DNA of 63,959 bases, counting the filler, from Trichomonas gallinae (taxonomy: Eukaryota): the NCBI GenBank assembly GCA_008369845.1. It is 9 parts of 9 records of this genome, joined end to end, with 100 filler letters (N's around TTAATTAATTAA, not from the genome) between each part and the next. Parts side by side here need not be neighbours in the genome. Positions count along the whole stretch, not along the records: positions 1 to 25,600 come from MRSU01000292.1; positions 25,701 to 45,319 come from MRSU01000301.1; 7 more parts are not named here. One strand, 5' to 3'. The notes under the pieces are model-generated. The model did not search any database and was not told the DNA's origin. It saw only the letters and a program-made list of their open reading frames with translations. Shown here piece by piece: positions 21,101 to 31,353 of this stretch. Both the position numbers and the translations under genes were made by a program. How positions within the stretch are numbered: position 1 is the stretch's first letter; each line of letters opens with the position of its first letter.

Positions 21101-22863
21101 GGCATTGGGCACTTGATGCGCTCACGGCTGTACTCGCTGCTTGGCGCAGACTTCAATATAGGCTCCAACAAAATCAAAACTATTGATGTCAATTCTGGTG
21201 TCTTAGGGATAATCTTTGGACCGGCCAAGAAGACAGCGAGTCTAGATGTCTGGCATTGCAGGCAGTACTGGTCCATGAGCAATTGGAGAATTCTTGGACC
21301 TTGTTCATAATTAGAGTGCTGGACTAAGAAAAGGCTCAAAGCTAGGCCTAAGTTCTTCATTCTCTTAGAGCGAGCATCACCGATTGTTATCTGGTTATCG
21401 AAGAAAGCAATGAAGTTGTCGAGTGCTGCAGAAACTAATTCGTGAGGAACTAAGCAATTAGGTAATACTGTCATCAAAGAGAAAGCGGACCAGAACTGTA
21501 TATCGAATATATCTGTGAGCATCAAAGCTCTGTTCAAGAACATGCCGATGTTTGCCGCCATTTCGTCGGCCAATTTAAGTCTGTTCTTCGAAGCGCCTAA
21601 TATATATGTCGCGATTGTCGCCATGCCCTGGAAATCGTTGTCTGCATTCGGATTGTTGTCCGGAGGCTTCGCCAGGAACAGTGTCGCAGTCTCAAGATAA
21701 AGACGAGCGTGCTCTGGATGAGTGTGACACAAGTTAGCATAATATGATGCAGCAGTTCTTCGCGCTGACGAGTTTCCACTCTGTGTGAGTTGTAGAGCGA
21801 GCGCTGCTATCTCTCTGATGGATGTGTAGTCGCATGAGAGAGCGCGGAGAAGAAGGAGTTGAGCAGCTGTTGGTGGCTGTTCGTGTGCGACGCTTGTGAA
21901 CAATTCTTTGCGAACATCAGTACCAAAAAGTGACATTAGTTGAACGATTTCGCTTTGCATTGTTTTGCGTACGAAATTGAACAGAAGGGGTAGATTCTTG
22001 TGAACTGTCTGTGGTTGGAGGAGATCTAAGAAATGTTGAAGAATCATTGGGAAATTCTGTTTGAAAGCTACTAATATTCCGAAGGCTTCTTCAAAACAAG
22101 GCTCATCGCCTGTCTGTCCGCCTTTCTTAGAAATACTAAAATCTGATGATTGCTGCTGTTTGTCTCCTTTCAATGAAAATGGAAGATATGCTATCTGTGC
22201 GATAAGAAAACAAACTTCATCTGTGACAAATGTCGAAGCTGCGTGTTTTAATAATACATTTGCAATATTGATGAATTTTTGAGTTGGAAGTATATTTGTT
22301 GCGAGTAATGCTATAAAGAAGCGAACGGCGGCAAGCTGATATGTTTCATTCGAATTTGCGATATGTTTTGTCGTAATTTGAAATGCGTCTTCTGCATTTG
22401 ATTTCAGACCTGTTTTATCAACTCTATAGCATGCTGCCAGTGCCATTAAGCATGGATATTGTAATTTTGGAATAAGTGGAATAATTTTTTGAACAAGTCC
22501 AGGAAGCATCGATTTAAAAGTATGTCCGAGTTGATCGATGATCAGAGTAATGCCGATAATATTTGCCTGATTTGGTTTCTTCGTAACTAACGTAACTAAA
22601 TCCCACAATTTTGGTGAAGCTTGCGAATTATAGATTTTAATTAAGCATTTAGCGATTCTATTTGCGCATTGCATCGAAAGATCACCTCCATTTATATTAA
22701 ACAGAGGAAGAAGGACTTTTTCCAATGCTTGGCCATCTTCATCTGTTAATTTCTCAGGAACTGTCTTCTCAAAATCTAATAATAAGTTGCATATGATTTG
22801 CTCTGCTGGTACTAACCGCTTTTGCTTAGAGATTCTCTCTAAACTACCAATCAGAGCTTCCAT
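18145..22863 (-). CDS. HEATR5: Large HEAT-repeat protein, HEATR5/Laa1 family (AP-1 accessory)
   Basis: 1572-aa helical protein. LLELYDSQFAIAVRFGF resembles the HEATR5 segment ILEQYQANVGAALRPAF; PYALHALS and the N-terminal IAKCLIKIY also fit. Confidence 0.7.
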   Translation of the reverse strand: MEALIGSLERISKQKRLVPAEQIICNLLLDFEKTVPEKLTDEDGQALEKVLLPLFNINGGDLSMQCANRIAKCLIKIYNSQASPKLWDLVTLVTKKPNQANIIGITLIIDQLGHTFKSMLPGLVQKIIPLIPKLQYPCLMALAACYRVDKTGLKSNAEDAFQITTKHIANSNETYQLAAVRFFIALLATNILPTQKFINIANVLLKHAASTFVTDEVCFLIAQIAYLPFSLKGDKQQQSSDFSISKKGGQTGDEPCFEEAFGILVAFKQNFPMILQHFLDLLQPQTVHKNLPLLFNFVRKTMQSEIVQLMSLFGTDVRKELFTSVAHEQPPTAAQLLLLRALSCDYTSIREIAALALQLTQSGNSSARRTAASYYANLCHTHPEHARLYLETATLFLAKPPDNNPNADNDFQGMATIATYILGASKNRLKLADEMAANIGMFLNRALMLTDIFDIQFWSAFSLMTVLPNCLVPHELVSAALDNFIAFFDNQITIGDARSKRMKNLGLALSLFLVQHSNYEQGPRILQLLMDQYCLQCQTSRLAVFLAGPKIIPKTPELTSIVLILLEPILKSAPSSEYSRERIKCPMPSSIDLLQPLTFKQYNYEIIFDKIATPPFNYYTIENFSNLVAALEENALGILIDRLLHSYENSLMGHNLLLSIVSDPKTRNLLPSGIHVSLIEMMNDNADLIQQQVSAEVVGIWVKDDIEAINQVVQILQKQRSRTKCLIYSAIIAHASLDENLISLMMHELNDIAKNTNATPYALHALSVLYSCHSIMLSAMKVTDIQCQAIIQILNSPVILNPFNLYYLSLCFQNILPIISPEIQDSRASVVPIIRQIIQAFRQIKIPFSSQIMFRILRPVFAFARDLIDPEPILFPSHQGASIPLQLAACGAFADMLKVPSPNDPDFFNYIPRILILLQRSGDKRADQFVNAVANVFAEQAVGHEDDESIRQRLTQWIRHIKSILSASAIPNTGDATIEADYLVKNCALSVAKTMLPILSKSRPLLTECLDDVMTSTTRAIETGKEELVQLSFQLMHMIIVQFEGVITDDGSRLLELYDSQFAIAVRFGFHSDLALSGPFLIKFLSFHYDNLKNRPEEFMTVLTGFVNGLAVCKQRTFAYYNISSHLCSIARQNEAVFKLTVAFSEKLVPDFGEIIKHSMTLWRGKPTWCEVAQFRLDYENFYRELTTSFVWLQHHFKLDIIKIADLVNFFIGEIMTCTESWRILSAFEALAATFMYYDDEITEENVANAISAVRKASQLSSQLLSYALPSFLLSCSRLIKPGNDETWEHLIEFALKSTFSLESLAHLVMKGPAHAVDNLAEEISDNVLKELKNNSVDTLKAVAFFAVLFSKSTSSASKLTKKIYADEDLKHHHLQFVLDLSKRALLAKGDVDRKVISEFAWKNFMKGGMVFLADLLIDDSEIGAEVVSSDDFKTMEELCANDINNVVVFMQFIRLAIISIEKSSLPKKHEILAAAAKIAIVVISNFGTDVQRGKDIVSTAVNVIQDVKKIDEFAVKDAFNAASQRQKQTTVQSTEKQISKLETRKKVRTLKTFGTIRKRERNDDDEWQSLD

Positions 22864-22877
22864 TTTATAAAATTTTC

Positions 22878-22885
22878 GTCACTTT
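22878..22885 (-). promoter_or_regulatory. AAAGTGAC core-promoter motif (Trichomonas motif 2-like)
   Basis: 15 nt upstream of the ATG at 22863. The same octamer occurs upstream of other starts at 10749, 26656, 34209, 38730 and 41543. Confidence 0.65.
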
Positions 22886-23124
22886 TCTACGCGATAACGA
22901 TAATTTTTCTCTTATTTCTCCTCAATTTCCCTATTTTTACTATCTATATGTATTTACAAGGCTATTTCACTGAATATTTCAGTGGCTTTACTTTCTTTTG
23001 CATTTTTGTTGAATTTTTTTACAGTTTTGGAGACTTTACACTTTAAAAATAAATTAATTATTCGAATTTCTGTATATTTCTACGCTTATTTCACGAATTA
23101 TATGTAAATTGATTCATATCATTA

Positions 23125-23500
23125 ATCGACTCGTTTACGCCCTTTAAATAAGCATCCATCAATAAATTTACATCATCAACTGTGCTAATATTTATTCCCG
23201 GAGCTATGATAAGCATTTTGACAACTTAAATATGATCTTTATACGAAGCCCGAATCAAAGCTGTTCTTATGAAGCTAGCTTTTACATTGATATTTATTTC
23301 AGGTACTGTGAGGAGGAGTCTTACATATTAGTGCTGGTCATTTTCTTAAGCTTTCATCAAAGCTGTTTCTTTTTTATTGTCCTTTGATGACATTTATTCC
23401 AGTCGCAAATTCATGATCATCTTCTTGTGAAGCATAATTCAAAACTGATTTGTTGTATTCGTGTTTTGTGTTGATATCTACTCCAAGAACTGTGCAAAGG
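23125..23500 (-). pseudogene. Ankyrin-repeat pseudogene
   Basis: Manual translation: LCTVLGVDINTKHEYNKSVLNYAS...(frameshift) KDNKKETALMKA*ENDQH*YVRLLLTVPEININVKASFIRTALIRASYKDHI*VVKMLIIAPGINIS. Confidence 0.85.
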
Positions 23501-23681
23501 AATATCAATATCAAATATGTGCATGTCTAATATATTTCATATGTAATGTGATTTTAAATCTGATTCTCAATCTGCAATAAGACCTATAACAAACTGTGTA
23601 AAAGGACTCAATATAGATATATTGATAGAAATGAAAGATTTAATTTATAAATAACAAAAAAATAATAATTATTAAATGGAA

Positions 23682-25208
23682 TTATATTGACATGAAATTA
23701 GTGATAGGAGCACGAAGAAGGTAGAACCAGCCGATTGAGCAGAAGGTGATTGTAATAATTGTTGGCAAAAGAGTGCAAACAGTAGAAATAATCGTAAATT
23801 TTTCGACCTCTGTAGACCTGTACTGGCAAAACTCGCCTTCATAAAGAGGGTCGCAAATACACTTTCCGAGCAAACATCTTCCATATTGGCATTTTGATGG
23901 GCATTCGTTCTTTATCCATTGAACAACTGTATTCTTTATTGCATTTATTGTATCATTTTCTATTGTCGATGTTGAATTTGAGATATTTATAAGATCGAAT
24001 GAAGTTTGGACTCCATCGAGTTCTATGACTTGTATGTTGTTCCTAGGGTCATCCTCAGATGGCATTAAATCGATGTTTAAATTGTTTTTACTACGAGTGA
24101 AAATAACTTGATTGCTTAAGTATGCATTATCGAATCTTTTTTGCGAAATGTTGATTTGGTTGCTTGAATATTTTTCGAATAAATAGAAACACATGTTCTG
24201 ATAATAACTAGATTGTAAAAAGATGAGTCCATTTTCCACGTGGAAGTTCCCAATTTCATTGCATTTTAAGTACCATAACAATCTGTAGCTCCTATATGGC
24301 GAAGTTGTATTAATCTCTTTATAGTTTGTTGGTATTAATGAAAGATATGAAATATTTTTCTTGTTCATAGTGGCTTTGAAGAATTTGGCAAAATCATCGA
24401 GATAATTTTGAGGATCTGACACGCTATCGCATAGAGGCTGGAAGCTATCTTTTGTATTATGTGGCAAATCTTCTAAAATTTGGAAAATTTGTGCCCAAGT
24501 GTATAAAGCATCAGTTTTATCAGGGAACTCACCTATATCCATATCGAACTTATTCAATAAATCTTTGATTTTATTTGCATCTCCATATTTTATTACAGAA
24601 TTAAATGTATCATAAATATCCAAGACTCTGGCTTTGCAATCTTTTGATATAGCACTTAATCTTGACAATATTATAGGATCAGTAAAATTATTTTCGAAAA
24701 CTATTTTTGTTGTTGCGAAAGAACTCCAAAGACCGACAGAATACTGTGGATATTTGATTCTAAACCATGAAAGTATTGTGGCTGATAATTCTGAGCCAAC
24801 TAAAACTATTCTTGGGTCTGTTAAAGAATTATTTTTCTCGTAGATTGATAGAAACTGTGCTATATCAGCATGGATTTGATCGACAGTCAAATATACAAGG
24901 TTTTCTTCGTCGGTATTATCTCCAATTATTGAATTTTCGAAGTATCTCATCTCTAAACTTAGCATTAATGAGTTTGTTTGGTTTGCAATACCGACTACAG
25001 CCTGTGGGAATGGATTTTTTGATGTTATTTTGAATGAATCAATTAAAGTAAAGATAATTGAATTTATTTTTCCGCCAACTATATAATCATTATCATAATA
25101 GGCGTATTGTGTAAAACTCTCTTTGTTTGAGTAATCGAAATGATCAACTTTTTGCGTGAATTGAATAGTTTGTATTGAGTGTGAAAGGATTAAAAAGATT
25201 TGCAACAT
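23682..25208 (-). CDS. Peptidase S28-fold protein (probably inactive) with EGF-like domain and C-terminal TM
   Basis: FTQKVDHF, LEMRYFENS, YLTVDQIHADIA, WFRIKYP and WYLKCNEIG; EGF-like CPSKCQYGRCLLGKCICDPLYEGEFC; hydrophobic C-terminal segment. Confidence 0.88.
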   Translation of the reverse strand: MLQIFLILSHSIQTIQFTQKVDHFDYSNKESFTQYAYYDNDYIVGGKINSIIFTLIDSFKITSKNPFPQAVVGIANQTNSLMLSLEMRYFENSIIGDNTDEENLVYLTVDQIHADIAQFLSIYEKNNSLTDPRIVLVGSELSATILSWFRIKYPQYSVGLWSSFATTKIVFENNFTDPIILSRLSAISKDCKARVLDIYDTFNSVIKYGDANKIKDLLNKFDMDIGEFPDKTDALYTWAQIFQILEDLPHNTKDSFQPLCDSVSDPQNYLDDFAKFFKATMNKKNISYLSLIPTNYKEINTTSPYRSYRLLWYLKCNEIGNFHVENGLIFLQSSYYQNMCFYLFEKYSSNQINISQKRFDNAYLSNQVIFTRSKNNLNIDLMPSEDDPRNNIQVIELDGVQTSFDLINISNSTSTIENDTINAIKNTVVQWIKNECPSKCQYGRCLLGKCICDPLYEGEFCQYRSTEVEKFTIISTVCTLLPTIITITFCSIGWFYLLRAPITNFMSI

Positions 25209-25600
25209 TAAAAAATATGATAAACTAATATGTTCAATAAAATCTACTCATGCATTATATTGATAGTTCAAAGTTAAACTATCTAAAAACTCGATTAAAA
25301 TTTTGGCATCAAATTTATTTAGCAATAGCATTAACTTTAAAAGTAAATATAATATTTTAAGCATTCGAATTTTATCAATCTCAAAAGAGGTGTACCAATG
25401 ACGATAGAAATGTATTTTTGCTCCAAACTTTGCCAGTATATTATATGCATTAATATAATAATATATGCAAGTTTTGAGCCGATTTCGTTCGGACAATTCC
25501 GAGATACGCGTTTTCGCGTAATTCCTCAGAATTACTAGAATTTTATAAATTTTTCTATGGAGATTTTTTTCCAATAAAAACGCTGTTTTGTTTTTTCTTC

Positions 25601-25700
25601 NNNNNNNNNNNNNNNNNNNNNNNNNNNNNNNNNNNNNNNNNNNNTTAATTAATTAANNNNNNNNNNNNNNNNNNNNNNNNNNNNNNNNNNNNNNNNNNNN
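25601..25700. other. Artificial contig linker
   Basis: N44-TTAATTAATTAA-N44; stops in all six frames. Confidence 0.98.
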
Positions 25701-25762
25701 ATATAACTTAAAATAAAATCCTTTCAAAATAGCGTTTGCCTATTTTTCCCGCGTTTGCCTAT

Positions 25763-26270
25763 TTATCCCGCGACTATATAATCTTTATGCTTTCCAGTGT
25801 AACCTATTGAGAAAAACCAATTGGTTCCACCTGGACAACCATATAACAATGTGTTTTCATTGTCTGGATCAGTTACAAGTCCTCCAAAAATGCATTCGGG
25901 AAGAACTCTGTCTGCTTTAATATCAATTCGATTGTATCCCGGTACTTTGTAGTTCCCACCAGGCTTGTTTATCTCATAAATAGGGTTATTGCTTTGTTGC
26001 CAGATATTATAGCTAGGAATCTCTTCATAAACTAGTGCGAAAGTATATTTTCCTGAATCATCACGATGCTGACGACCTAAAGTGGACAATATCGAATAAT
26101 GTTTTGGATTTAAATTGTATATAGCATCTCGAGTTGTTGGAAAGTAGCCTTCTTGTGGATTTGCAACATTCTGGTAGAATATTTTAAGATACAGTTCATT
26201 TTTTATGAGTCCAAACTCATATTTTCCATTCTTAAACTGACTTTGTACGATAATTTTGCATGAAAATCAT
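25763..26270 (-). pseudogene. Disrupted member of a trichomonad multigene family (LKIF...YSIL...YNIWQQSNNP...FGGL...WFFSIG)
   Basis: An open frame of ~167 codons lacks an in-frame ATG (the ATGs at 26270 and 26261 are out of frame). The 3' end stops inside a 19-bp tandem duplication. Family recognised from memory only. Confidence 0.55.
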
Positions 26271-26655
26271 CTGAAATCAAGATTGATATTACATTAATGT
26301 CACCTTTTTAAGGTTTAAAACTACAAATTTGTCAAAAATGAAAAAATATCTATAAATTGTAAATGAAGCATTTTTGATCAAATTTGTGGTTAATATGCGC
26401 CTGTAAATTTCAGAAAATTGAATTGAGTCCAATACGATTATTTTCGTCAAATTTCAAAACATTCAAAATTATAATAATCATAAGTCACATAATAATAGAT
26501 TTAGAATACTTTCATCAATGCTTTTGCGCCCGTAATGTTACAAAAAAATAATTAATTTTTCTGGTGTGTAAATAAATAACTAAATTATATTTTGAAATTA
26601 CGAGGAATTTTGTAATATCTCTATCACGCCCGTAATGATCGAAAAAAATAAATTT

Positions 26656-26663
26656 GTCACTTT
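26656..26663 (+). promoter_or_regulatory. GTCACTTT initiator-containing motif
   Basis: Contains TCACT and starts 18 nt before the ATG at 26674. Confidence 0.65.
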
Positions 26664-26673
26664 TTAAAATTTT

Positions 26674-27339
26674 ATGCAGAGGCCAAGGAATACGTTTAGG
26701 AAATCACTGCCTACTAACTCAGACACTGAGATATCGGATATTTTGCAGGACAGCTACGTGTCACCACCAAAACAACCAAGAATGGTCAAAATTCAACCAC
26801 GTCTCAGTGAATTACCAGTAGATAACATGAGTTATCATAACGAAGATTACGATGAATCGGATATTATGACATTAGAGCAGAATTGCGCGGAAAAAAGAAC
26901 GGAATTGGAAATATTAAATTCAACAGATGCAGCAGCTGTTGTTTCTGAGTTCGAAAGCGAATGTATAGAGCTATATCTTGAATACTATCGACTTAAAAAG
27001 CAGCAAGATCAAACTTTAGAAAATTGTTCAAAAATTTCAGGTAAAATGGCTAAAATTCGTTTTGAAGATGTTATGCAACCATTTGTAAATACAGACAAAA
27101 AGTTAGAAAGCTTAAAAAATATGTGTGATAAACAAGAAATTTTAATTTCAAATTTGGCCGCAGTGTCTTCACCAAATGATGTAGAAATAGCTACTTTATA
27201 CCAAGACACGCTCGAAGGTATTGATCAAACAATCGAACACGAAAAGAAAGAAATTGAAGAATTACAAGCCAAGCTTAATAAGATAAGGTCCATACAGGAT
27301 AAGCTAATCAATCAATTAACTGACTTAATGATTGGCTAA
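26674..27339 (+). CDS. Hypothetical coiled-coil protein
   Basis: 221 aa with E/K/Q/L heptads; initiator motif upstream. Confidence 0.8.
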   Translation: MQRPRNTFRKSLPTNSDTEISDILQDSYVSPPKQPRMVKIQPRLSELPVDNMSYHNEDYDESDIMTLEQNCAEKRTELEILNSTDAAAVVSEFESECIELYLEYYRLKKQQDQTLENCSKISGKMAKIRFEDVMQPFVNTDKKLESLKNMCDKQEILISNLAAVSSPNDVEIATLYQDTLEGIDQTIEHEKKEIEELQAKLNKIRSIQDKLINQLTDLMIG

Positions 27340-28086
27340 GCAAATAAATGGAAGAAATTTAATTATCTGATTAATTTCATGATCAGCAGTCAAAATACCT
27401 TTATCATACCATGCTTCACTAATTTATTAATTCACAATCTCATAGAATCAAAATTCATAATTTCAATTCACGCATTCCATAATTCAATTTCAAAGTCCTT
27501 AAAAGCATGGTTATAAATATTCCACCAATGATGTTATTTTGATCAGGTCTTTTAAATTGGAAAAATTAAATATCTTGTTTAGTGAGCATTTTGATACTCC
27601 CACTGCTCAATAAAACAAGCTGCAGCTATTTTGATATTCCATCTTACAAAATCTCAAACGATTGGATTTCCAAAAAAAAATGAAAGTTACGACTTTTCAT
27701 TTTAATATCCAATTGACAATTTAGGTTTAATACCACAGATAATTTTTAATCATCATAAAATTGAAAACTTTACATCGCTTTTTTAAAAAGCTGGATTCCG
27801 CTAACCTCTTATATATTAAATATTTATATGAATTATTCGCATTAGCAGCTACTAATGTCAATTTTTAAAACGTGACACCCGTACGTTTACTTTATAATTA
27901 TAATTTAGACATAAACCAATATTTATAATTATTAGAACTATTTATTTCCTTCACAAAAATCTCCGAAATTTTAAATCAAATATTCTTGTTTAATAACATG
28001 TTTGCTATAATAACAGAAATGATATTGAAATTAAAAACCGCTGCGAGCACACAAAAACTTCAAAGGTTTTGTAAAATAAACAAATA

Positions 28087-30222
28087 ATGAGTGATAGTGA
28101 AGGTCGCGCGCGTCATCATAGACATCGCCGCCACGATGATACGGATGATTTGGATGATGTAGAAGACTCCGAAGAAGTTGAAAGAAAGAAGAACAAAAAG
28201 CATAAGAAAAATAGACATGAAGAAGAAGCTTCTGATGATAACCACAAGGGATCAAAGAAGAAAAGAAGCAATGCAGATGATGATGCTGAAAAGCCATACG
28301 AATATGACCCAGATTTTAAGGGTTACAATCCAGATAGAAAGTGCACAGACTGCTGCATGTTAATTTTCTTCATCATTTTCTTATGTGGTATGCTTGCTAT
28401 CTTGTTTTATGCTTTAACACGCTCAAATCCAAAATATTTATACATTCCAACTGATTACAGGAACTTACTTTGCGGATATGATAATAGCAAACTCAAAGTT
28501 ACTAATGCTTCACTTCTTCCAGACCTCTCAAATAGATCATTTCTATTCTGGGCGAGACCAGGTGATAAGGACTATGTTAGAAGCTTTTGTGTTGATAAAT
28601 GTCCAGAGTCTGGCCTTTTCTCAGATACATTCTTAGCCAATTTGAACGATGAAAATATGACTGGAGGTAATTTCAATGAAACATGTGCTGAACAAGTTGG
28701 TAAAGGCCAAACCAGAAGAACTGTTCCAGGTTATTCAATTCCAGAAGGAAACGTTTCTTATTATTGCGCTTACGCAACAAAATCGGTTCTTAGGCGTTGC
28801 ATGCCAACACAAGAAGCCTTACCAAAAACAGAAGTCAATCTTTCCCGATTCTCAAAATACTTCTCCCAAAGCATAAGTGCTCAGACACTTCTTACAGCAT
28901 TCTCTGATGTTTACAACGTTAAGTGGTGGATTGCTGCATTTGTGGGCGCTTCTCTTGTTCTTTCTTTCATTTGGATCCTTCTTCTCAGATTCACAGCTGC
29001 ATTTTTCGTTTGGTTCACAGTTTTACTCTGCTTTGCTGTTTCAGCCCTTCTTACAGTTCTTTGCTACGCTATGAAAATAGACTACTTCCATACAGCAAAC
29101 AAAACGGAAGCATACACATTTGGAGTCTTCAGCAAGGAACTCAACCAGAAGGTTTTCGAAGTCTTATTCTGGATCTGTGTCGCATGGGATATCATTTTCA
29201 CCCTTGTCTTCCTCTTCCTCTGCGATAGGATTCGTCTTTCAGTCAACATTATCAAAATTGTTTCCAAGGTTTTCGGCCAAGTCTTGACTCTTTTCATCTT
29301 CCCAATTTTCGTCTATATTATCATGTTCATCTGGTGGATCTACGTTATTGGTGTCGCGATTGTTATTTACGGTGCAGGTGAGCCAAAGTTCATCGATGAT
29401 CCAACGGTTGGATACAAGGTAGAATACGAATACGACAAAATTTTGCAGTTCTTGTCCATCTATCACTTCTTCGGCTTCGTCTGGGTATCAGTATTCATCT
29501 CCGATCTTGGCGAAATGTCCCTTGCCGGCGTTTTCGCTTCATGGTACTTTAATAAAGATCCACGTCGCAAGAACATGGGCCGTGCACCAGTTCTCCGCTC
29601 ATTCTGGAGATCAATCAGGTACCACACTGGTTCCCTCGCTTTTGGTTCTTTGATCATCGCCATCGTCAAAGTCATCAGGTACATCATTGAGTACATCCAG
29701 TTGAAGACTAAGGACACACAGAGCACATTTGTCAAGTGGATCGTCCGCTGCTTGATCTGCTGCTTCAAGTGCCTCGAGAAGTTCCTCAAGTACATCAACC
29801 GTAACTGCTACATTTTGATCGCCATTCATGGCTACAACTTCTTCCAGGGCTGCAAGCATGCATTCGAGCTCATCACACGTAATATTGTCAGAGTTATCAC
29901 AATCAACTGGGTTGGTGACTTCGCTTTGTTCCTCGGCAGAGTTTTCGTTTCTGGTATTACAACAGCTTGCTCTCTGTACTTCTTCATGAAGATCACCAAG
30001 GAAGTTGAGTTCTACGCTATTCCATCCGCAGTTGTTTTCATTTTCTCGTTCATTGTTTCAGGCGTCTTCACTGAATTGTTCGAGATGGGTATTGACTCTA
30101 TGTTCCTCTGCTTTATGGAGGATTCTGAGAGAAACGAAGGCCACGAGATGTGTGCACCACCAGAGCTCCAGGCATGGATCAAGAAGTCTGAAAAGCCAGA
30201 AGAAGATTCGAAGTCCGAGTAA
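28087..30222 (+). CDS. Choline transporter-like protein (CTL/SLC44)
   Basis: RKCTDCCML, PTDYRNLLCG, FCVDKCP, AGVFASWYF, RYHTGSLAFGSLI and CCFKCLEKFLKYINRNCYI. Confidence 0.95.
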   Translation: MSDSEGRARHHRHRRHDDTDDLDDVEDSEEVERKKNKKHKKNRHEEEASDDNHKGSKKKRSNADDDAEKPYEYDPDFKGYNPDRKCTDCCMLIFFIIFLCGMLAILFYALTRSNPKYLYIPTDYRNLLCGYDNSKLKVTNASLLPDLSNRSFLFWARPGDKDYVRSFCVDKCPESGLFSDTFLANLNDENMTGGNFNETCAEQVGKGQTRRTVPGYSIPEGNVSYYCAYATKSVLRRCMPTQEALPKTEVNLSRFSKYFSQSISAQTLLTAFSDVYNVKWWIAAFVGASLVLSFIWILLLRFTAAFFVWFTVLLCFAVSALLTVLCYAMKIDYFHTANKTEAYTFGVFSKELNQKVFEVLFWICVAWDIIFTLVFLFLCDRIRLSVNIIKIVSKVFGQVLTLFIFPIFVYIIMFIWWIYVIGVAIVIYGAGEPKFIDDPTVGYKVEYEYDKILQFLSIYHFFGFVWVSVFISDLGEMSLAGVFASWYFNKDPRRKNMGRAPVLRSFWRSIRYHTGSLAFGSLIIAIVKVIRYIIEYIQLKTKDTQSTFVKWIVRCLICCFKCLEKFLKYINRNCYILIAIHGYNFFQGCKHAFELITRNIVRVITINWVGDFALFLGRVFVSGITTACSLYFFMKITKEVEFYAIPSAVVFIFSFIVSGVFTELFEMGIDSMFLCFMEDSERNEGHEMCAPPELQAWIKKSEKPEEDSKSE

Positions 30223-30639
30223 TTTGATTGGATTTTTGTAATTGTAGAATTTTTTTTAAGTGTGTTTAACTTCTAAATTTACTTTAATAAATTATTTAAA
30301 CAACTCTTTCAAATCTCTTCTTACTTAAACTCACAAAAATATAATTTCAAATAATTATTACATGAATTTCAGGATTTCGATTAATAAAATGTTTAAAATA
30401 CAATCGATTTGATTATTTTCACATCTTCAAATAAAATATTCTAAATTTCAAATTTCAAAATAAAACAGAAGTCAAAATATTAACATAAGTGATTAGTTTA
30501 TAAAAGTTGTATGATTATAAGGATGAATTATGCTTTTATTATTATTGATTAAAAATCATTGTTAACATAAGCATGAAAAGCAAATGTATATATCGCAAAA
30601 AACAAACAAACAGTTGAATGGCATAGCAGCCATAAAAAA

Positions 30640-31353
30640 TTACATGGTTAGAGAAGATATCGGTCTTTTCGAAGGCTTCATGCATCTTGACACCTTTGGA
30701 AAATCTCTAGTATATAGATTTGATCGGACTCTAGCAACAATCTGCGAATTTCCAAGACGCGATTGTTCTCTTTCAGAACGTTGTGCAAGTTCTTGTAGTT
30801 CTAGTTTCTTCTTTTCTTCTAAAAATGCAATTTCCTTCTTTTGTCTCTTTATCAACTTTGCCTTTTGTTTGATAAATAAATCATTAACATCATTTAACCT
30901 TTTATCGCGATAAGTTTTTTCGATTCGAGATGCTTCTTGATATAGCGCATTTGCCATATAGTAATCATGGTTAATTCCGAATTTTTGAGATTGAGACTTT
31001 TTTAATTCGACTTCATATAAAGGTCTTTTCAGTTCTCTCTGCTTGTTCAGTTCGTATGCAATTTCCAGGTCAGCCAGTTGCTGCTGGTGCTGCTCATGAA
31101 GTTGATGAAATCGTTCGTTATATCTGTCTTCGATCTCAGTTTGCTCGCGTTGTGATCTTATTTTCTCATACATGGACATAGTCTGGATTTTACGAGATGT
31201 TTCTAGGAATTCATTATCATTTTTTGGATTATTTTTCTTAAGCGACTGTTCTATCCTCTTTATTTTATCGCTGAGCATCTGTGCCAGTTTAAAATCGAAG
31301 TCATCGACGGCTGCAATGTGTTCCCGTCGAAGTGACTCTAATTCATCTGACAT
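30640..31353 (-). CDS. Hypothetical coiled-coil protein
   Basis: 237 aa, rich in E/K/Q/R. Confidence 0.8.
   Translation of the reverse strand: MSDELESLRREHIAAVDDFDFKLAQMLSDKIKRIEQSLKKNNPKNDNEFLETSRKIQTMSMYEKIRSQREQTEIEDRYNERFHQLHEQHQQQLADLEIAYELNKQRELKRPLYEVELKKSQSQKFGINHDYYMANALYQEASRIEKTYRDKRLNDVNDLFIKQKAKLIKRQKKEIAFLEEKKKLELQELAQRSEREQSRLGNSQIVARVRSNLYTRDFPKVSRCMKPSKRPISSLTM

Noticed and set aside
23220..23360. TAA-to-amino-acid reassignment explaining the in-frame stops in the ankyrin relic
   Set aside because: Most intact genes here end in TAA with no internal TAA, and the relic also has a frameshift.
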